From Verrucomicrobiota bacterium (lineage in GTDB: Bacteria; Verrucomicrobiota; Verrucomicrobiia; Limisphaerales; UBA1096), in the NCBI GenBank assembly GCA_003972865.1, contig QOAX01000277.1, positions 1 to 33,810 on the forward strand: a stretch of 33,810 nt of DNA. Direction: 5' to 3'. Positions 29,600-33,810 of this stretch are shown here, in pieces (position 1 is the first letter of the stretch; each line of letters begins with the position of its first letter). Below the pieces are notes generated by a model, which was not told where the DNA came from, searched no databases, and worked only from the letters and a program-made list of their open reading frames with translations. The translations under genes and the position numbers were made by a program.

Positions 29600-32296
29600 T
29601 TACTTGGCTTCGATGGTGAAGAACCGCGCCGCTTGGTCTGCTTGGGCGCTGGAAGTGCCGACGCCGCCGTCGAACATCAGCCCTTCGGCCACCGGCTCGT
29701 ACGGCCCGGCTACCGAGCCGCTTGCCTTCACGGTGTAGCTCGCCGCAGGACTCGCCTCCCAGTTCAGGGTGATGTCGCCGTTGGCCATGCTGACTGTGAT
29801 TTTGATCTCCGGTATGTCCACTGCCGGATCTTCCGCGAACGGCGAGCCGCTTGGCCAAGCGCCGGCCGAGACGAGCGCGTCGGCCACTGTGCTGTGATCC
29901 GCGAACGCCCCGTTCAGGCCAGGATGCCGCGTCATCGAGCCTTTGCCGGTCGGCTTGCCGAACTGGATGCGGTCGATGACGTGCCCGTCGGCGTTTCGCA
30001 GCGTGATCGTGTCACCACTGTTGTTGAGGCCCAGCCCGCTTGTGCCCTCGGTGGCCGGCAACGCCAGCACGCCGTCGCCGAGCACCGGCTCGGAGCCGGA
30101 CGACCGACCGCCGTACACGATCACCGCGCCGCGCTTGGCCAAGACGTCGCCCTCATAAAAATTACTCCGCAGCGCCACGGCGTCTGAGAGGCTCCAGCCG
30201 GCCAGGTCCACCTCCGCCTGGCCAAGGTTGGCGATCTCGACGAACTCATCCTCGACGCTGATCCGGTTCGAGTCGCTCGGCGTCTCGCGGTGCAGCGGGT
30301 TGTAATGGCCATCCGTCGCCTTGCCGGTCGGGTTGGCCAAAAACTCGGTGACGGCCACCTGCTGTTCCGCCGCGCTTGGCACATAAATGTCCCACTCCAG
30401 CGTCGCCACGCCTTCGTTGTTCTCCGCCTCGAGCGACAGGTCGAACGGCTCGCCAGCATCCGCCTCGCCGGCGGTCAGCACCAGCTTGGCCGTGACTTCG
30501 ATGGCGGGGTTTGCCGAGAGCACCCAGTCGCCCGTCGGCGTCACGGTCACTTCGCCCCCGGCGGGGTTTTTGATGACTGCCTCGATCACCACCGTCTCGC
30601 CCGGCAGCAGAAAATGATCCGTGCGCGAACTCTCGAGCGGCCGCCCGGGGCGAATCAGGTTTTCGTACTTCAGCGTGAACTCGATCGTCGGCAGCTTCGG
30701 CCCGGAGATGTCCTCGATGCGTGTCGGCATCAATTGATAGCCACCCTCCCGCGGCCGGTCGCGCATATACTGCGAGAGCACGCCGGTGACGTTGACAGCG
30801 GTGCCGGGGAACGGCTGGGCGATGATCGACTTGATGCGCGAGTCGATGCGCAGGGTGAAGGTCATCCCGTCGGCATCGGTCAGCGTGTAGTTGGCTCCGC
30901 CGGAAAACTTTGAGCCGCCGCCGCTGTCGATCTCCACCCCGTCGGCGACCACGAGCGAGCCTTCGAGCGCCTCCATCGCCGCGGCGTCATCCGACTGCAT
31001 GAAGTCGAGCTTGGCCGGCTCGGGCAGGGTGTTGTCGCTGCTCACGACCTTGACCAGGTGCATCGCATTGCCGGCGTCCGGCACGAACTGCAGCAGGCCG
31101 TTGTAATGGCCCAGCGGCGCGGAGACTCGCACCTTGTCGCCGGCTTTCGGATGGCTCGACTTGCCGCTGCGGAAGTACACCGCGATCCCGGCGGTGTCAT
31201 CCTGAAAATAAAACAGCGAGTGACTGCCGCCGGTCATGTTCGTGTGCGTGGTGACGATGCCCTCGGCGGTGAAAATGGTCTTGGTGTCCGACGGCTCAAG
31301 GTTTTCGTTTACCATGGCACGCAGACTCTTGATGGTGACGGCGTCGCCTCCGGGCGAGTCCTGCACCTTTAGCGTAACCGTGTCGCTCATCACGCTGCCG
31401 GCATCGTTGCTGACGGTCACTGCATAGTCGCCGGCGTTGTTCGCCGACACGTCGGCCAGCTCAAGGGCGCTGGACGTCGCGCCGTCGATCTCCGAGCCGT
31501 CCTTGCTCCACTGGTATGCCAGCGGCTCCGAGCCGGTGGTCACGACGGAAAACAAAATCGTCTTGCCCGCAAGCACGGTCTGCGACACCGGCTGCGAGAG
31601 GATGGACGGCTCGTCACCGCCACCTCCATCGGTCACGTCGCTGAGGCTTGTCCCGACTATCAAGTTGTCGACCAGCATCGCGCCGATGTTTTTGGCCTGC
31701 CGAAACGCGAAGCCGGTCACGTCCACCGCCGAGCCGTTGTCGGTGGTGGTGACCCCGCCTGATGCATCCCCCTCCGGGTCGATCCAGAGCGTCGTGCTCG
31801 CATCCGCGAGGCTCATTGCGATGACGACCTTGTAAACCGTGTCGAGATGAAGGTCGTTGTCCACCACGGCGGTGGACGCTTTGCCCTTCGAGGTGACACC
31901 AATCCGAAACGCGCCTCCCTCCGCGCCGGTGGCCTGGGCAATGATGCGCGCCCGGTAACCAAAACCGTCGTCCCTGAAATGCGCAAAATAACTCCCGCCG
32001 CCACTGGGCAACTCGGTGAACTCCACGTCGAACGACGCGTACATCGTGCCGCCGCTCGATTTCTTGAACGGCCCGCCGGCCAGCTTCGCGTGGGAGTCCT
32101 CCGAGTTGGCCTGCGTCAGGACCAGTTGGCCGTCGACCACCTCCGTCTGCTCGTTGATGCCGCTGTGGTTTTTCCAGATGTCCGCCGCCTGCACGACGAT
32201 CGGGCCGTCGTCGTAGCTGAACGATTCATCGAGCACCACCTCGGCCCGCGCCGCCACAAGGCTGGCCATGGCTGCCATTATGATGAGTCTCTTCAT
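29600..32296 (-). CDS. Large secreted protein with an Ig (I-set-like) domain, two YhcR/ExeM-type OB-fold-like modules and a lamin-tail domain (LTD)
   Basis: Signal peptide MKRLIIMAAMASLVAARA. Ig-like segment PLAYQWSKDGSEIDG...AGDYAVTVSNDAGS. OB-like segment FTAEGIVTTHTN...LFYFQDDTAGIAVYF...GDKVRV...YNGLLQF. LTD segment VAVTEFLANPTG...DEFVEIANLGQAEVDLAGWSLSD...ITLRNADGHVID. Confidence 0.75.
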   Translation of the reverse strand: MKRLIIMAAMASLVAARAEVVLDESFSYDDGPIVVQAADIWKNHSGINEQTEVVDGQLVLTQANSEDSHAKLAGGPFKKSSGGTMYASFDVEFTELPSGGGSYFAHFRDDGFGYRARIIAQATGAEGGAFRIGVTSKGKASTAVVDNDLHLDTVYKVVIAMSLADASTTLWIDPEGDASGGVTTTDNGSAVDVTGFAFRQAKNIGAMLVDNLIVGTSLSDVTDGGGGDEPSILSQPVSQTVLAGKTILFSVVTTGSEPLAYQWSKDGSEIDGATSSALELADVSANNAGDYAVTVSNDAGSVMSDTVTLKVQDSPGGDAVTIKSLRAMVNENLEPSDTKTIFTAEGIVTTHTNMTGGSHSLFYFQDDTAGIAVYFRSGKSSHPKAGDKVRVSAPLGHYNGLLQFVPDAGNAMHLVKVVSSDNTLPEPAKLDFMQSDDAAAMEALEGSLVVADGVEIDSGGGSKFSGGANYTLTDADGMTFTLRIDSRIKSIIAQPFPGTAVNVTGVLSQYMRDRPREGGYQLMPTRIEDISGPKLPTIEFTLKYENLIRPGRPLESSRTDHFLLPGETVVIEAVIKNPAGGEVTVTPTGDWVLSANPAIEVTAKLVLTAGEADAGEPFDLSLEAENNEGVATLEWDIYVPSAAEQQVAVTEFLANPTGKATDGHYNPLHRETPSDSNRISVEDEFVEIANLGQAEVDLAGWSLSDAVALRSNFYEGDVLAKRGAVIVYGGRSSGSEPVLGDGVLALPATEGTSGLGLNNSGDTITLRNADGHVIDRIQFGKPTGKGSMTRHPGLNGAFADHSTVADALVSAGAWPSGSPFAEDPAVDIPEIKITVSMANGDITLNWEASPAASYTVKASGSVAGPYEPVAEGLMFDGGVGTSSAQADQAARFFTIEAK

Positions 32297-32312
32297 GGTT
32301 CGGTTGGTGAAA

Positions 32313-33158
32313 TTATTGCCGGAACGGCGCGTTCCAGATCACGTCCGGGTTCAGCCCCTCGAATGTGCCCGCTCCGTTGGTGATGGAGTGCCGCGAGAAA
32401 TAGGTCGCATGTCCGTCGATGAACGACAGCACGCCGCCCTGCCCCTTGTGCCGCTCCGGGAACGCCCGCCAACGCGCCGCCGGGTTCACCGAGTAGTACG
32501 GATTCCCCAGCCCCTCCGACGAGCTGAAATACATGTCCATCGTGCCGACGGTCGCGGAGGGGTTGGGCAGATCAGTCGCCTTGGGCATCTTGGGGTACGG
32601 CAGGTATGAGTTCACCGTCCCGCGCTTCAGGTCGATGTTCATCGCGTAGCTGAAAAACCCGTGCCGCCCGCCGCCCTTTAGCTGCTTCAATTCCTCTGTC
32701 GTCATCTTGGCGTTCGGGCAGTGCCAAATCTTCCCCAGGCCGCCGGGGAACGGCAGGTTTTTGACATTGTCCTGATACACCACCGTCGGCCGCTTCCAGT
32801 ACTGCACCAGCGGTTTCTCTCCCATGAACGGCGGCAGCAGGTTAAACCAGGCGTTCGGGTCCTTCGGCGTGCCGGAGGGCGGCGGCGCGCCAGGGTATTT
32901 GCCATTGGCGCCCATGCCGTCGCGGGGCAGCAAGTCGTCGTTCTCCACAAGATAGAGCTGCAGCCCCAAGCCCCACTGGCGATGATTCGAGAGGCAATTG
33001 GCCAGGCGCGCCTGATCCTTCGCCTTGGCCAGGGCCGGCAACAGCAACGCAGCCAAAATCGCAATAATGGCAATCACCACCAGCAACTCAACCAGCGTGA
33101 ACGCCGCCCGCCATCGGCTGTGCAAAAAACGGTTTATGCTAAAGAAGAAGCTGACCAT
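32313..33158 (-). CDS. Prepilin-type N-terminal cleavage/methylation domain protein (type II secretion/pseudopilin-like, DUF1559 / H-X9-DG class)
   Basis: [29 protein letters not shown] is the canonical prepilin methylation motif plus hydrophobic helix. C-terminal [11 protein letters not shown]. It ends 16 nt upstream of the LTD gene start. Confidence 0.85.
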   Translation of the reverse strand: MVSFFFSINRFLHSRWRAAFTLVELLVVIAIIAILAALLLPALAKAKDQARLANCLSNHRQWGLGLQLYLVENDDLLPRDGMGANGKYPGAPPPSGTPKDPNAWFNLLPPFMGEKPLVQYWKRPTVVYQDNVKNLPFPGGLGKIWHCPNAKMTTEELKQLKGGGRHGFFSYAMNIDLKRGTVNSYLPYPKMPKATDLPNPSATVGTMDMYFSSSEGLGNPYYSVNPAARWRAFPERHKGQGGVLSFIDGHATYFSRHSITNGAGTFEGLNPDVIWNAPFRQ

Positions 33159-33243
33159 GCAAGCTGTCTCAATGCCGAAAAAAGGAGGCTATAACCCCGG
33201 CCCCACAACGCAAGAAAAGTCGAACGGTTGGGCTGTTCTGGCA

Positions 33244-33259
33244 GCGCTTGGCCAAGCGC
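33244..33259. repeat. Perfect 16-nt palindrome GCGCTTGGCCAAGCGC, in the intergenic region between the aminotransferase and pseudopilin genes
   Basis: Read directly at 33244-33259. It is identical to the copy at 1749-1764. Confidence 0.95.
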
Positions 33260-33319
33260 AGAGATAACGACTCAGATTTCCAGGATTGGGAAGGGTTATT
33301 TTTTTGACAGTCTCCTCGG

Positions 33320-33810
33320 CTACAGACTTTTACAGAAGTCTCCCAGGCGGGCCATGCCGGTCTGGATGTTCTCCATGCTGGTGGCGTAGCTGATGCGGAA
33401 GTTGTTGTCGGCGCCGAAGGCGATGCCGGGGACGGCGGCCACCTTGGCCTGATCGAGCAGGCGCTCGCAGAACTCGGCCGACTTGAGGCCGGTCGCGGCC
33501 ATGTTCGGGAACAGGTAAAAGGCGCCCTTGCTGTTGATGCAGCTGATGCCGGGCATGGCGTTCAACTGCTCGGCGGCGTGGCGGCGGCGTTTGTCGAACT
33601 CGGCCAGCCACTCGCCGAGATGATCCTGCGGGCCGTTGAGCGCGGCGACGGCGCCCTTTTGCGCGAAGGACGTCGCGTTGCTGGTGCTGTGGCTTTGCAC
33701 GGCGTTGATGGCCTGCGCGATCGGCTTGGGCGCGGCGAGGAAGCCGATGCGCCAGCCGGTCATCGAGTAGGCCTTGGCCAAGCCGTGCACGATGATGGTG
33801 TGCGCCAGGT
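33320..33810 (-). CDS. Class I/II pyridoxal-phosphate aminotransferase (aspartate aminotransferase-like), 5'-truncated by the window edge
   Basis: GLAKAYSMTGWRIGF (PLP-lysine block) and PGIAFG...FRISYATS. The frame stays open to the window end. Confidence 0.85.
   Translation of the reverse strand, partial: LAHTIIVHGLAKAYSMTGWRIGFLAAPKPIAQAINAVQSHSTSNATSFAQKGAVAALNGPQDHLGEWLAEFDKRRRHAAEQLNAMPGISCINSKGAFYLFPNMAATGLKSAEFCERLLDQAKVAAVPGIAFGADNNFRISYATSMENIQTGMARLGDFCKSL

Overview
This is a high-GC chromosomal segment, about 57-63% GC in the 60-nt lines I counted by hand. The gene content points to Verrucomicrobiota or Planctomycetota: a paired DUF1592/DUF1552 module, a Pirellula/Verrucomicrobium-type CxxCH heme-binding domain, and a prepilin-type H-X9-DG (DUF1559-like) protein. 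This assignment is an inference. Most of the window is housekeeping or envelope genes: rnc, nadC, folE2, efp, tyrS, rpsA, a PfkB kinase, a NusG paralog, an M28 peptidase, a HEAT-repeat protein and a partial aminotransferase. I found no rRNA, tRNA, CRISPR array, integrase or transposase. Two things stand out. (1) A sharply low-GC island (about 27-38% GC in sampled lines) at roughly 22.2-26.35 kb carries a translationally coupled minus-strand operon. It encodes a di-iron fatty-acid-hydroxylase/sterol-desaturase-family membrane protein, then a GH3-family (plant JAR1/auxin-conjugating type) acyl-acid amido synthetase, then an MLE-subgroup enolase-superfamily racemase/epimerase. An LCMT-type SAM methyltransferase converges on it and appears frameshifted at its 3' end. 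I read this as a horizontally acquired, uncharacterised cassette for making and tailoring an N-acyl amino acid conjugate, and it is my best candidate for the undescribed system. (2) The host DNA is saturated with a highly iterated palindrome, core TTGGCCAA. I counted 36 copies by eye; 10 are the perfect 12-mer GCTTGGCCAAGC and some extend to 16-24 nt. It occurs in several reading frames and in intergenic regions, forms the stem of at least one terminator, and is almost absent between about 20.1 and 29.8 kb. A third item is an apparent split extracellular-nuclease locus: pseudopilin, then a lamin-tail/OB-fold protein, then an EEP nuclease, a membrane protein and a PHP phosphoesterase.
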